A DNA stretch of 64,000 nt from Minisyncoccota bacterium (GTDB lineage Bacteria; Patescibacteriota; Minisyncoccia; Phycocordibacterales; DATDWN01), in the NCBI GenBank assembly GCA_036517395.1, contig DATDWN010000010.1, positions 33,922 to 97,921 on the forward strand, in the 5' to 3' direction. Under the pieces are notes generated by a model. It ran no database searches and had not been told where the DNA came from. It saw nothing but the letters and a program-made list of their open reading frames with translations. Shown in pieces: positions 20,120-29,999 of this stretch. The position numbers were made by a program, and so were the translations under genes. Numbering within the stretch: the first letter of the stretch is position 1; each line of letters starts with the position of its first letter.

Positions 20120-21423
20120 AAGTAGAAAGTATGAAAGTAAAAATAATGAAGAAGATTAAATCAAAAAAGAATAGCGCTAAATCACAGAAGTCTACTAAAA
20201 AAGTAGCGAAAAAAGTGAAAAAAGCAAAGAAGCGCAAGAAATTTGTTGTGCCGAAGATTCGTACCAAAAAGAAAAATAAATCTTCACTGGCCATGAATGC
20301 CGCCAGAAGTGAGAAAAAAGTAACTTCCAAAAGTGGAAAGGCAGATAAACAAGATCAGGGCATGACGCGACTAATGTCAAAGGGTAAAGAGCGCGGTTAC
20401 ATTACCTTTGATGAGATTTTGAAAGAATTTCCAACGGTTGAAGACGATATTATATTTCTTGATGAACTCTATGAGAAACTTTCTGGAAGTGGCATAGATG
20501 TGCTCGAGGGTGGAGGGCTCCTAGAAACTCCGGCCGCAGATGACCCAGCTAATAAAAAATATAGCTACGGGCGAAATACCGAAGGATCGTACGACTCTAT
20601 ACAAATGTATCTGAAAGAAATTGGTCAGTATCAACTCATTTCCGGTGGTATGGAAAAAGAGCTAGCAAAGAGGATAGAGAAGGGCGATGTAGAAGCTATA
20701 AACCTGCTTGCTCGTGCCAACTTGCGCCTCGTGGTTTCCATCGCCAAAAAGTACGCCAACCGAAGTCCAGACTTGACACTTCTTGATCTTATCCAAGAGG
20801 GCAATCTCGGACTTTTCAAAGCTGTTTCCAAATTCGACTGGACAAAGGGCTACAAGTTTTCAACCTACGCTACATGGTGGATTCGTCAGGCCATCACTCG
20901 TGCCTTGGCTGATCAGTCGCGCACGATACGAGTGCCCGTGCACATGGTGGAGACTATCGCCAAATACAAACAGGTTGTGAGAAGGCTTTCGCAAGACCTA
21001 GGCCGTGATCCATTGCCAGAAGAGATTGCTGTGGAGATGAATTTGCCGGTTGATAAGGTTTATACAATAGAGAAAATCGACCAGAGCACGCTTTCTCTTG
21101 AAAGTCCGATAGGTGAGGACGGCGATGAAAGCAAATCTAAACTAGGGGATTTTCTAGCGGATGAAAAGATTCTCTCTCCTGAGCAGGAAGCATCCAGACG
21201 CATTATTTCAGATCAAGTCAAAGAGATTTTAAACGACCTTCCGGAAAAAGAAAGAAAAATTTTGGAACTTCGTCATGGGCTTGTTGATGGTGTGACACAT
21301 ACACTGGAGGAAGTGGGCAAAGAGTTTGGTGTTACTCGCGAGCGTATACGACAGATTGAAGCCAAGGCGCATGAGAAGATTAGGCAACATGATAAGATAA
21401 ACCGATTACGTAACTATTATTAA
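20116..21423 (+). CDS. rpoD: primary sigma-70 factor (Lys-rich N-terminus, start uncertain)
   Basis: [39 protein letters not shown]. Confidence 0.96.
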   Translation: MKVESMKVKIMKKIKSKKNSAKSQKSTKKVAKKVKKAKKRKKFVVPKIRTKKKNKSSLAMNAARSEKKVTSKSGKADKQDQGMTRLMSKGKERGYITFDEILKEFPTVEDDIIFLDELYEKLSGSGIDVLEGGGLLETPAADDPANKKYSYGRNTEGSYDSIQMYLKEIGQYQLISGGMEKELAKRIEKGDVEAINLLARANLRLVVSIAKKYANRSPDLTLLDLIQEGNLGLFKAVSKFDWTKGYKFSTYATWWIRQAITRALADQSRTIRVPVHMVETIAKYKQVVRRLSQDLGRDPLPEEIAVEMNLPVDKVYTIEKIDQSTLSLESPIGEDGDESKSKLGDFLADEKILSPEQEASRRIISDQVKEILNDLPEKERKILELRHGLVDGVTHTLEEVGKEFGVTRERIRQIEAKAHEKIRQHDKINRLRNYY

Positions 21424-21432
21424 TTTGAAAAA

Positions 21433-21522
21433 TCCTTGGCGGTTAAACCGCCAAGGAAAAATTATTCTATATTTATTAATTTATTTCCCACTTAACTTTA
21501 GCGGCCGCTAAAGTTAAGTGGG
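21433..21522. repeat. two palindromes downstream of rpoD
   Basis: tccttggcggtt-a-aaccgccaagga (21433-21457) and a perfect 36-bp cccacttaactttagcggccgctaaagttaagtggg (21487-21522). Confidence 0.85.
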
Positions 21523-21600
21523 TTGAACTTATTCTGTTTCTTTACTTTAGATTCTAAAAATCAGACAAATTTACTACAGTATACTGTAGTAAATTTGTGC

Positions 21601-21629
21601 TTGACAGTGGTGGCTGTTTGTGCTATCAT
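21601..21629 (+). promoter_or_regulatory. sigma70 promoter
   Basis: TTGACA-17-TATCAT. Confidence 0.75.
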
Positions 21630-21688
21630 GGATGGCAGAAATCTGAGAGGTGGATGCCCGTCTCCAAGCCAAGAAAGGGCTAAAACTC

Positions 21689-22243
21689 ATGCGTTTCACA
21701 ATTCGTCTCGTCGTCGTTCTCGGCCTTTTCCTTGGCTCCGCCATCCCGGCGAGCGCACAGGGCAAGGTGTCTGGTTCAGTCGAGGTGCAGAACGTGTTGA
21801 GTGAGAGTGGGGTCGTCCCGCAACTCGACGCGTACGTGCACGGGCCACTCTCGGGCAAGATCGGCTGGACGGTTTGGATGCTCGTGTCGAAGTCGTGGAG
21901 TGAGGGGCTCTTCGGGGTCACCTACGCGCCGGCCAAGTGGATCGAGGTGTCCGCGAGCGCTGGGCTGGAAAGCAACAAGAGCCCGTTTCGCGGCGCCGCG
22001 AGTATCTGGATGGGGAGTGGCAAGTACTCCTTCGTCTCGCTCCATGAAAAGGGTGGGAGCGGACGCTGGATGAAGAACGTGGCGACGTATGAGGTCAACA
22101 AGACTCTCACCGTCGGCGTTCTCCAACAGTCGTTCGTTGGGGTCGGCCCCTACGCCGCGGTCAAGGTGGGACGTATGACCATCTGGGGTGCGTACGCCGT
22201 CGCTGACGATCGCGGTTTGCTCACCGCGAAGTTCACGTTCTGA
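21689..22243 (+). CDS. secreted beta-barrel-like protein A, GC-rich
   Basis: signal peptide ending ASA, alternating amphipathic strands, C-terminal TAKFTF. Confidence 0.75.
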   Translation: MRFTIRLVVVLGLFLGSAIPASAQGKVSGSVEVQNVLSESGVVPQLDAYVHGPLSGKIGWTVWMLVSKSWSEGLFGVTYAPAKWIEVSASAGLESNKSPFRGAASIWMGSGKYSFVSLHEKGGSGRWMKNVATYEVNKTLTVGVLQQSFVGVGPYAAVKVGRMTIWGAYAVADDRGLLTAKFTF

Positions 22244-22364
22244 GGGAGTCTCGTGTTGGTGGAGTTTCCCGAAAGGGGACTCCACCGGCAGGAGGCAGAG
22301 GTCCAGAGTAGAATTGTCTACTTCTGGGCTTTTTTCGTACTAAAAATTTCACAAATTTTTGAGG

Positions 22365-22393
22365 TTGACAGGGGCGTTTACTTAGTATATAAT
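22365..22393 (+). promoter_or_regulatory. consensus sigma70 promoter
   Basis: TTGACA-17-TATAAT. Confidence 0.85.
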
Positions 22394-22443
22394 AAAAACA
22401 GAAAATCGAGAGGCAGAAACCCGTTTCTAAGGCCGGAGGGCAC

Positions 22444-22995
22444 ATGAAAATAAGCGTCGTTGCCGTTCTACTTGCGCTCGTCGCAGGGACGGCGCAAGCG
22501 CAAGAGCCTGAGGCAAAGATCTCGGGGTTCGTTGAGTCGTACAATCAAATTGTGCGGGGAGAGAAACTCAACTCCTCACTCAACCTGTACATCGAGGGGC
22601 CTATCAAGGGCAGGCTCGGCTGGGCCACTGTGCTCTGGGTCCAGAAGGATTGGACCGAGTGGATGGGCGGTTTCACGGTGACTCCTGCACCGTGGATCGA
22701 GTTCATCGCTGTCCTTGGCGGCGAGACCGACGATCGGCCGCTTCGCGGATCCGGAATCCTCTGGCTCTCGAAGGCGGGTCTGACCCTCGAGGCTGAGTAC
22801 GAAGCTGGTGGAAGTGGAACTTGGTACAGGGCGAACGCCAAGTACAAAGTCCATTTCCTCTCGCTCGGCGTCAACTCGGTTGCCGACGTCGGCACCGGAC
22901 CCTACCTCGAGCTTGGCCTGGGCAAGTGGGATCTCTGGGGGTCCTACGTTGTCAAAGCCCACGGCGGAGTTTTTGGACTTCGTCGCAACTTCTGA
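22444..22995 (+). CDS. secreted beta-barrel-like protein B, paralog of A
   Basis: signal peptide AQA; shares KISG.VE, Y..GP..G..GW, PA.WIE, E.GGSG.W, GPY with A; ends in F. Confidence 0.78.
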   Translation: MKISVVAVLLALVAGTAQAQEPEAKISGFVESYNQIVRGEKLNSSLNLYIEGPIKGRLGWATVLWVQKDWTEWMGGFTVTPAPWIEFIAVLGGETDDRPLRGSGILWLSKAGLTLEAEYEAGGSGTWYRANAKYKVHFLSLGVNSVADVGTGPYLELGLGKWDLWGSYVVKAHGGVFGLRRNF

Positions 22996-23024
22996 CTTCT
23001 GTAATGTCTCAGTCGTCCGAGTTG

Positions 23025-23073
23025 ACTCGCGAGGGTGGAACCTGATTTCAGGGTTCCACCATCGCGAGTTTTT
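23025..23073 (+). terminator. intrinsic terminator
   Basis: actcgcgagggtggaacc/ggttccaccatcgcgagt followed by T-run. Confidence 0.75.
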
Positions 23074-23131
23074 TGATACAAGGAATTTGTAATTTATGAT
23101 ACTATTGATGCAGAACTGATTTGGAGGGACC

Positions 23132-23305
23132 ATGGACCAGCCAATTGAGGAGGCGGGAACGGAGAGACTCTGTCCTTATTGCCACAGCTGGAAAGTGGCT
23201 CCTTTCATAGGAGATTACTACCGCTGTGCCAATGAAGGATGTTATAGACTGATTGAAAAAGATGAACTGCTGGTTCGCAAGGTGAACCAGCCCGAGGGAG
23301 AGTGA
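23132..23305 (+). CDS. small zinc-ribbon protein (57 aa, not in ORF track)
   Basis: GGAGG SD; MDQPIEEAGTERLCPYCHSW...YRCANEGCY; stop 1 nt before next ATG. Confidence 0.65.
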   Translation: MDQPIEEAGTERLCPYCHSWKVAPFIGDYYRCANEGCYRLIEKDELLVRKVNQPEGE

Positions 23306-23306
23306 C

Positions 23307-23759
23307 ATGGATGCTACTGATCTCATCCGGCCAGTCAACTTGTTCGAGCAAGATTTCAGCCGTGCAACCGAGGCCGAACGCGAACAAGTGGTGGCACTCT
23401 TACGGGTTTTCATGGCGAGGTTGCGTATCATTCTACGTGGGTGTGAACCCATGGTGAGAAAGGTCACCCCGCAGAACGAAGAGCGTTGCGCGACGTGCGC
23501 TTTCAACCCAGTGACGGACTCTCTCCCAGGGTTTGCTCTCACTGCCTATGGGGTTCTCCAGTGCATCTACAACGACCAGAAGGCTTTTCTCTGCCATGGT
23601 GAAAATCCTGACTGGGAGGATCAGCACCTGATCGACCCCGCGAACCCTATCCTGTGCAACGGCTTCCTTGCAGTTCGGCTCTACGCCGGCATCAGTGCGG
23701 CCCTTCTCGCTATCCGTACGATGAAGGCTATTAGGAAGGTTGTTCCAAAAAGTCCGTAA
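23307..23759 (+). CDS. Cys/His-motif hypothetical protein, phage-like
   Basis: CATCAF, FLCH, LCNG pattern (resembles DUF6283-like proteins). Confidence 0.65.
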   Translation: MDATDLIRPVNLFEQDFSRATEAEREQVVALLRVFMARLRIILRGCEPMVRKVTPQNEERCATCAFNPVTDSLPGFALTAYGVLQCIYNDQKAFLCHGENPDWEDQHLIDPANPILCNGFLAVRLYAGISAALLAIRTMKAIRKVVPKSP

Positions 23760-23834
23760 ATGCGGACAAGAAAGGTGTCCGACCAGCCTCACGTAGAATT
23801 GCCTCGGCCCTTCTACGCGGGGCTTTTCTACTAC

Positions 23835-23971
23835 ATCCGCACACCAACTTTGCTCTCATTGCATCCAGTCTCAAAATCTAGATGCACATCTAAGATTTAG
23901 ATATGATTTCCAACTTTTGCTTTAGTCTATATGTAGCAATAGGGAGACAAGAGCAAAGTTGGTGTGCGGAT
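23835..23971 (-). repeat. TCCGCACAC-bounded structured element, copy 2 (interior reversed)
   Basis: atccgcacaccaactttgctct/agagcaaagttggtgtgcggat; interior is close to the reverse complement of copy 5. Confidence 0.92.
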
Positions 23972-23973
23972 AC

Positions 23974-24106
23974 ATCCGCACACCAACTTTGCCATCGTCC
24001 TGCTTTTTCAAAAAACTTACTCCTGCTTTATAATTTTTGTTGTAATTTGCTTAAAGTACACCTTAAATCAGGACATAAAAAGTAATGGCAGGGTTGGTGT
24101 TCGGAT
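23974..24106 (+). repeat. TCCGCACAC-bounded structured element, copy 3 (divergent interior, tandem with copy 2)
   Basis: atccgcacaccaactttgccat/atggcagggttggtgttcggat; inner gtcctg/caggac and cttttt/aaaaag. Confidence 0.88.
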
Positions 24107-24130
24107 AAAAATCCATGCTATTCTATATGC

Positions 24131-27085
24131 ATGTCATCAGACAAAATCTTCGAAGAACGATATAAAAATCTAAACCAGGAACAGAAAAAAGCCGTTGATA
24201 CTATTGAGGGTCCGGTTATGGTTGTGGCCGGTCCCGGCACTGGTAAGACCACGATTCTGACCCTGCGTATTGCCCAGATTTTGCGTAAAGCCACAGGGGT
24301 TTCCGCCAATGCTATTTTAGCTATTACCTACACAGACGCTGGAGTGAAAGTGATGAGAAGCAAACTACGAGAAATTATAGGCAACACCGCCCATGATGTT
24401 TACATTCACACATTCCACTCTTTTGCATCTAGCATGATAGCAGAGTACCCGGATCACTTTTTAAATATAAATGATTTTCGTCAAATAACTCCGGTCGAAC
24501 AAGAGAGTTTGGTAAGAGAAATAATTACAGAACCAAAGTTCAAAGACCTGCGACCTCTGGGCAAACCGGACGCCTATTTGTCGGGAATTATTCGCGCCAT
24601 AGGTGACGCAAAAAAAGAAGCTTTGATTCCCGAAATGGTTGCTGAAAACGCCCTAAAACAAATAAAAAAAATAGAAGAAGACGAAGACAGCATCTCAACG
24701 CGTGGGGCGACGAAGGGCCAACTCAAAGCTGATGCTTTAGAGAGTATAGAGAAATTGAAAAAGACCATTCTTTTTGCCAGAGTTTATGACCGCTATGAGC
24801 AAATAAAAAGGGAGAAGAAACTTCGTGACTATGACGACCTTATTGTTGAGCTTTTGGTGGCTTTGCAGAACGATGAGCTTTTTCTGCGTCTTGTCCAAGA
24901 AAGATTTCTCTATATCTTAGTTGATGAACATCAAGATACGAACGATTCACAAAACTTTATTATTGCTCTCTTGGCTGAGTTTTTCGAGACACCAAATATT
25001 TTTATTGTGGGGGATGAAAAGCAGGCCATATATCGTTTTCAGGGTGCTTCTGTAGAGAACTTTCTTCGTTTACGCAAGAGGTGGCCGGATATGCAACTTA
25101 TTCACCTCGATACAAACTATCGTTCGCACCAGTCCATACTGGATGCTGTTTGGAGCATGATTGAGAATAATTATGATGGGGAAGAGCACAAAGACTTGCG
25201 GGTTAAACTAAAATCCGAATCTGGGGAAAAGAAGAAACCAGTGGATATTGTCACCGCTGAAAATACTCTGGCTATGGAGGAATATTTGATAGGTGAACTG
25301 AAACGAATTACTTCCGATGATCCAGAGGCCAGTGTAGCGATTATTGTTAGGCGTAATCGAGAACTAGAAAGAGTGCTCCGGTTTCTTGATTTGCGTGGAG
25401 TAGAGGTTTCTTCCGAAAGAAGCGTTGATATATTTCACCATCCTATTGGTATGGCCTTTTTTGACCTTATTGAATATATAAACGACCAGACCAAAATCGA
25501 ATCACTAGCAAAGTCCTTGGCCAGTGGATTGTGGGGACTGTCTCATGTATCCTCAATAGAACTTATTCGCTCTATTGCAAAAGAAGAGTTGGGAAATTTG
25601 GATAAGATTTTACCACAACTAAAAGCCATAAGAGAGAGGATGCTTTCCGATGGCGCTCTTGAAGCTTTGATTTTCATCGCGGAATCCTCTGGTCTTACGG
25701 ATATTATTGCTCGCAATCCTGCCAATGTGTCGGTCTGGCGCGGTATCGTTACTTTGGCTGAGTCCGTAATAAGAGACACACAGGCGGATAATCCGGCGGA
25801 ACTTTTCGCTAGTTTGCTTTCATATCGAGATTCGGCCGAACTAAAACCGGTTAAAGTTTCTGTTGGCGCACCAGATTTGAAAATCAAGGCCATGACCGCT
25901 CATGGTTCCAAAGGTTTGGAATTTGATTATGTTTTTATACCATATGCTACGGAAGAGGCTTGGGTCGGTCGTGTTTGGGGTTCGTCTTTTATTTTGCAGG
26001 ATAGAAACTTTGGCGATCATAATGTCGAGGATATAAGACGGCTTTTTTATGTTGCTATAACCAGAGCCAAGAAACATGTCAGTGTTTTGTATGCCAAAGA
26101 AGAGTCTGATGGACGAGTTTTGACCCCACTTAGATTTATAAATGAGTTGTATTCAAAAGATGTCAAATCGATTGAACTATCGAGAGTCCAGCTTGCTTTG
26201 GATTTTCAGGAAGTAAAAGCAAAGAAAAACAAAACGGATGAAAAAGACAACCAGTACCAGAAGCTCATGATAAATGAGGCCAAAAAAGTCCTAACGGAAA
26301 ATGGTCTTTCGGTGACAGCCCTGAATCATTTTCTGGAATGTCCGAGCAAGTTTTTGTATGAGAGTATTTTGAAGTTGCCACAGGCGCCGAGTGCCTCCTC
26401 GGAGAAGGGTACGGCCATGCACGAAGCTATCTCGGAGATTTGGAGATCAAAGAGGGGTGGGGTGGAAGATATTGAAAAAATTATCACATCAATCACAGCG
26501 GAATATATTGACAGATCTCTAATATCCAAAGGTGATAAGGAGGCTTTGAAAAAGGAACTTGCTCTTAACGCTCCGGCTGTTGCCAAGTCACTTTTTCCTC
26601 ATTTTACCACTACATCAAAAACCTCTGTTGAGAGATGGGTGGAAGCGCCCTTCGACACATCTTATGATAAAGAAAAAATCACAATACATGTACATGGAAA
26701 ACTTGATGTTATTTTAGAAGATTTGGACGAGGTATCCGTTTTTGACTACAAGACACGACAGGCCATGTCTGTGGCTAACATAAAAGGCCAAAACAAGGGC
26801 AACGAAAATGGAAACTATTTCAGACAGCTTGTTTTTTATAAACTGCTTTTGGAAAATGTTCACTTGGGCAGGAATAAGAAGGTTTCCACTTCCTTGGTTT
26901 TTGTTTCTCCTGATGATAAAGGTAGGTGTCCGATTATAACTCTAGAAGTAACATCAGATGATATTAAGAAAGTTAAAGATGAGATAAATGATTTAATAGA
27001 GAATGTTTGGAATGGCGAGTTCGTTAGACACTACTGCAGTAATGCAAACTGCTCATACTGTGCTTATCGTAAACTACTTCAATAA
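24131..27085 (+). CDS. UvrD/PcrA-family helicase with C-terminal PD-(D/E)xK nuclease
   Basis: AGPGTGKT, VDEHQD, SKGLEFD, YVAITRAK; GKLD...DYKT and terminal Cys cluster. Confidence 0.93.
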   Translation: MSSDKIFEERYKNLNQEQKKAVDTIEGPVMVVAGPGTGKTTILTLRIAQILRKATGVSANAILAITYTDAGVKVMRSKLREIIGNTAHDVYIHTFHSFASSMIAEYPDHFLNINDFRQITPVEQESLVREIITEPKFKDLRPLGKPDAYLSGIIRAIGDAKKEALIPEMVAENALKQIKKIEEDEDSISTRGATKGQLKADALESIEKLKKTILFARVYDRYEQIKREKKLRDYDDLIVELLVALQNDELFLRLVQERFLYILVDEHQDTNDSQNFIIALLAEFFETPNIFIVGDEKQAIYRFQGASVENFLRLRKRWPDMQLIHLDTNYRSHQSILDAVWSMIENNYDGEEHKDLRVKLKSESGEKKKPVDIVTAENTLAMEEYLIGELKRITSDDPEASVAIIVRRNRELERVLRFLDLRGVEVSSERSVDIFHHPIGMAFFDLIEYINDQTKIESLAKSLASGLWGLSHVSSIELIRSIAKEELGNLDKILPQLKAIRERMLSDGALEALIFIAESSGLTDIIARNPANVSVWRGIVTLAESVIRDTQADNPAELFASLLSYRDSAELKPVKVSVGAPDLKIKAMTAHGSKGLEFDYVFIPYATEEAWVGRVWGSSFILQDRNFGDHNVEDIRRLFYVAITRAKKHVSVLYAKEESDGRVLTPLRFINELYSKDVKSIELSRVQLALDFQEVKAKKNKTDEKDNQYQKLMINEAKKVLTENGLSVTALNHFLECPSKFLYESILKLPQAPSASSEKGTAMHEAISEIWRSKRGGVEDIEKIITSITAEYIDRSLISKGDKEALKKELALNAPAVAKSLFPHFTTTSKTSVERWVEAPFDTSYDKEKITIHVHGKLDVILEDLDEVSVFDYKTRQAMSVANIKGQNKGNENGNYFRQLVFYKLLLENVHLGRNKKVSTSLVFVSPDDKGRCPIITLEVTSDDIKKVKDEINDLIENVWNGEFVRHYCSNANCSYCAYRKLLQ

Positions 27086-27775
27086 TGCATCAATGATGCC
27101 TTTGAGATTTTCATACGGCTGGGCACCTTGGACTGGAGTTTTTGTTCCGTCTTTTGAAACTATGATTGAGTTTGGTGTGCCCTTACCACCAGCTGCAATA
27201 GCGTCCTCGTAGTCCGCCTGTACTTTTGCTGCATATTTGCCACTAGACAGACATGTGTTGAAAGCGCTTACATCGAGACCTACCGCTTTTGCCATTATTG
27301 GAAGTTGTGCTGGGTCGAGAGAGTTGTTTGATGTTGTCGTGTCATACAAGAGATTTGTGTATTGCCAAAACTTGGATGGTCCACCGAGCTCGTTTGCGCA
27401 CTCCAGTGCCTCGGCTTCTTTTCGGGCTTTTGGGTGGAGGGAATCAATAGGGAAGTGTCTGTAAACCCAAGCCACTTTACCGTCCTTGCCATACTCGTCC
27501 ATCACACGTCTCATTGTGCTATGGAATACTTTGCAGAAAGGACATTCGGGATCAGAGTATTCGACGATTATGAGGTCAGCGTTGGGATTTCCTATGATGT
27601 GATCGTCTACAGAAACAGGTCTCATCTTTATGTCAGTACTTCCGGTCGTTCCCTGAGTTAATTTATTTGTAGCCACAAGCTGTACTCCTTTCAAGTTTGA
27701 ATAATATAAGGCTCCGCCAATAAGCGCACCGGCGATTATTATTGCGATTGGGACTGACAGTTTTTCTAACGTCAT
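27074..27775 (-). CDS. DsbA-family thioredoxin-fold protein
   Basis: EYSDPECPFC, RHFP, GTP, N-terminal TM. Confidence 0.92.
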   Translation of the reverse strand: MTLEKLSVPIAIIIAGALIGGALYYSNLKGVQLVATNKLTQGTTGSTDIKMRPVSVDDHIIGNPNADLIIVEYSDPECPFCKVFHSTMRRVMDEYGKDGKVAWVYRHFPIDSLHPKARKEAEALECANELGGPSKFWQYTNLLYDTTTSNNSLDPAQLPIMAKAVGLDVSAFNTCLSSGKYAAKVQADYEDAIAAGGKGTPNSIIVSKDGTKTPVQGAQPYENLKGIIDALLK

Positions 27776-27837
27776 ATGTTTTTGTAAAAATTAATTGTTA
27801 TAGGATTATATCGCACGACGCATTTAGTAGCAATCTC

Positions 27838-28419
27838 CTAGAACAGCGACCCTGTCTTCACCTCCGCCACGGGTTCCCAGTGTTTTGTCTCCAGCTTGAT
27901 TTCTTTTGTAAAAGGTCCTTCTTTGAACATCAGACGCTTATTTTTCAGTGCGTATTCGTAAACATCTTTTGTTATTTTGACGTCGTCGAGGCAGTATTTG
28001 CGTATCTCGTCTGTTTTTCCAGTTCTCCACCAGACGACGGCGTCAAAGCCATGACCACTTTTGTTTATGCCAAAAGTACCTTCGGCTATCTGGTCCAGTT
28101 TCATCCGCCGACCGTACTGCATTTTTATTTCTTTCAGGACATCAAGCGAACGGATTTTCGTCAAGTCACCTCGACCTGCTTTTTTGTAATATTTGTTTAG
28201 TAGGGGGATGTCAAAATGCTCGCCTGTAAATGTGATCAGGACATCAGCCTTCTCAAAAATTGGCCACATTTGATCAAACTCTTCCTGTAAAAAGCTCTGG
28301 TATTTACCACTCTCATAATCATAAAGACCAACAACAGAAATGTCCAAATCCGCCGGATCATTTGACCCGATGTCTTGGAATATATTTTTTGTTTCAATAT
28401 CGAAAACGAGTTTACGCAT
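27838..28419 (-). CDS. RNase H-like DEDD 3'-5' exonuclease domain protein
   Basis: VFDIET, HFDIP, YCLDDV. Confidence 0.88.
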   Translation of the reverse strand: MRKLVFDIETKNIFQDIGSNDPADLDISVVGLYDYESGKYQSFLQEEFDQMWPIFEKADVLITFTGEHFDIPLLNKYYKKAGRGDLTKIRSLDVLKEIKMQYGRRMKLDQIAEGTFGINKSGHGFDAVVWWRTGKTDEIRKYCLDDVKITKDVYEYALKNKRLMFKEGPFTKEIKLETKHWEPVAEVKTGSLF

Positions 28420-28425
28420 GGGAAT

Positions 28426-28512
28426 GAATTGACCTAATTATACTAATTATTTCTAATTAATCTAAATAATAACCAAATACCAAATTAGAAATTAGAACAA
28501 TTAAGTTAATTA
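28426..28512. repeat. AT-rich iterated repeat (TTCTAAT/ATTAGAA type)
   Basis: shares ttctaattaatctaaataataaccaa with 18241 and 54735 copies. Confidence 0.65.
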
Positions 28513-29789
28513 GAAATAATTTTTACTATTTCTTCTGGTTTCACTGTTTTCTCCTCTCCGCTTTCCATGTTTTTTACTTTATACAAGCCGGACTTTATTT
28601 CATCTTGACCAACACAAATAATGAAAGGAATTCCTTGTTTGTCGGCAAGTTTTATTTGATCACCAAGTTTTTTGTCAGTCAGATTTACTGAAACATTGAG
28701 ACCGTCTTTACGCAAAGTTTCAGCCAGTTTTTGTGCGTAGTCGTTTACAGAAGAATCGAGTGTGCAAATATAAAGATCTGTGGATGATTTGTATTTTGGC
28801 AAAAGGCCGTGGGATTCCAAAAAGTCTTTGTTAGTAACATCACCCCAGCCGAAACCGACGGCTGGTATCTTTTTTGCTCCAAAAATATCCAAAAGGTCGT
28901 CATATCTTCCCCCGCCAAAAAGTGATCGGTTATTTTCTGGACTAGTATCAAACATTTCAAAAACCACACCTGTGTAATAGTCAAAACCGCGCATCAAGGT
29001 TGGACTGAAAATCACATTTTGAATACCAGCCGAGTCTAATTTCTCAATAAGCCCCATCAGTTCATCTGCATTTTTATTATTACCGAGGGACTCTAGTAGT
29101 CTCTCGCTCGAAGACAGCACTCGCGCGAAATCCGAGGCTTTATCACCAATGATTTTCTCTAAACTTTCTTCAAATGTCTCAGCTGATATTTTATCCTTTT
29201 TATCTATGATTTTTGAAACCGTGTGGGCTTGTTCTTCGTTTAGTTCAAACCGTGCATAAAGGTCGTTTATCAGTTTTCTGCTGTTTATTTTTATGACAAA
29301 GTCGCTGTCTTTTGCCCCGAACTCTTTTATTATGTTGTAGGCTATTGTGATAATTTCAGCATCTGCCTCACTATTTTCCACGCCAAATAAATCCACGTTG
29401 AGTTGCCAGTGCTCACGAAGGCGACCTCTCTGTGGTTTCTCGTATCGAAAAAGATTTGGCATTGAGTACCAGCGTAGAGGGAAAGCGAGGTCGTGGACTC
29501 TTCCTGCCACCAGTCTTGCCACCGTTGGTGTCATTTCTGGTCGCAGGGTTACTTCGCGGTTGCCTCGGTCTGTAAATGTGTAAGTCTGTTCGTTTACTAT
29601 TTCTTCACCCGTTTTTGCTTTGTATAGTTCTGCTGGTTCTAGGATTGATGCGCTGTATTCAACATAACCAAATCTCTCGACTACTTTGCGCCAAGTGTTG
29701 AATATATAGTTCTGCACGAACATATCTTCCGGATAAAAATCGCGTACGCCCTTGTAGCTTTCTGTTGATAGTTTGGATTTATTGGTCAT
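28506..29789 (-). CDS. hisS: histidine--tRNA ligase
   Basis: KGVRDF, LRPEMT, FRYEKPQRGRLREH, RGFDYYTG, GGGRYD. Confidence 0.98.
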   Translation of the reverse strand: MTNKSKLSTESYKGVRDFYPEDMFVQNYIFNTWRKVVERFGYVEYSASILEPAELYKAKTGEEIVNEQTYTFTDRGNREVTLRPEMTPTVARLVAGRVHDLAFPLRWYSMPNLFRYEKPQRGRLREHWQLNVDLFGVENSEADAEIITIAYNIIKEFGAKDSDFVIKINSRKLINDLYARFELNEEQAHTVSKIIDKKDKISAETFEESLEKIIGDKASDFARVLSSSERLLESLGNNKNADELMGLIEKLDSAGIQNVIFSPTLMRGFDYYTGVVFEMFDTSPENNRSLFGGGRYDDLLDIFGAKKIPAVGFGWGDVTNKDFLESHGLLPKYKSSTDLYICTLDSSVNDYAQKLAETLRKDGLNVSVNLTDKKLGDQIKLADKQGIPFIICVGQDEIKSGLYKVKNMESGEEKTVKPEEIVKIISN

Positions 29790-29804
29790 GTGGGTTATTG
29801 TTAG

Positions 29805-29970
29805 TTTAGAATCTCTTTCTCACCAAAACCTTTTTGGAAACAGAATAAATTTCTGCTGAAATTTTTCTTCAGCGCTCGGAGCTCAAGTAAATTATCAATT
29901 GATTACAATTGTAATTTTCTAAGCTCTTGTGCGATGTTCCAAAAAGATTTTGCCTCGACGAGATTCTAAA
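29805..29970. repeat. 165-bp branched hairpin element, copy 1
   Basis: near reverse complement of 34059-34221; closing stem tttagaatctc/gagattctaaa. Confidence 0.9.
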
Positions 29971-29999
29971 GAACTGTATTTTATAGTGTATCAGAATAT

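Noticed and set aside
20116-20340. Lys-rich RpoD N-terminus as a novel domain
   Set aside because: Low-complexity basic extensions occur in many primary sigma factors and the start codon is uncertain
23903-24173. Short ORFs 23903-24085 and 23964-24173
   Set aside because: They overlap repeat copies 2 and 3 and show no protein-like features
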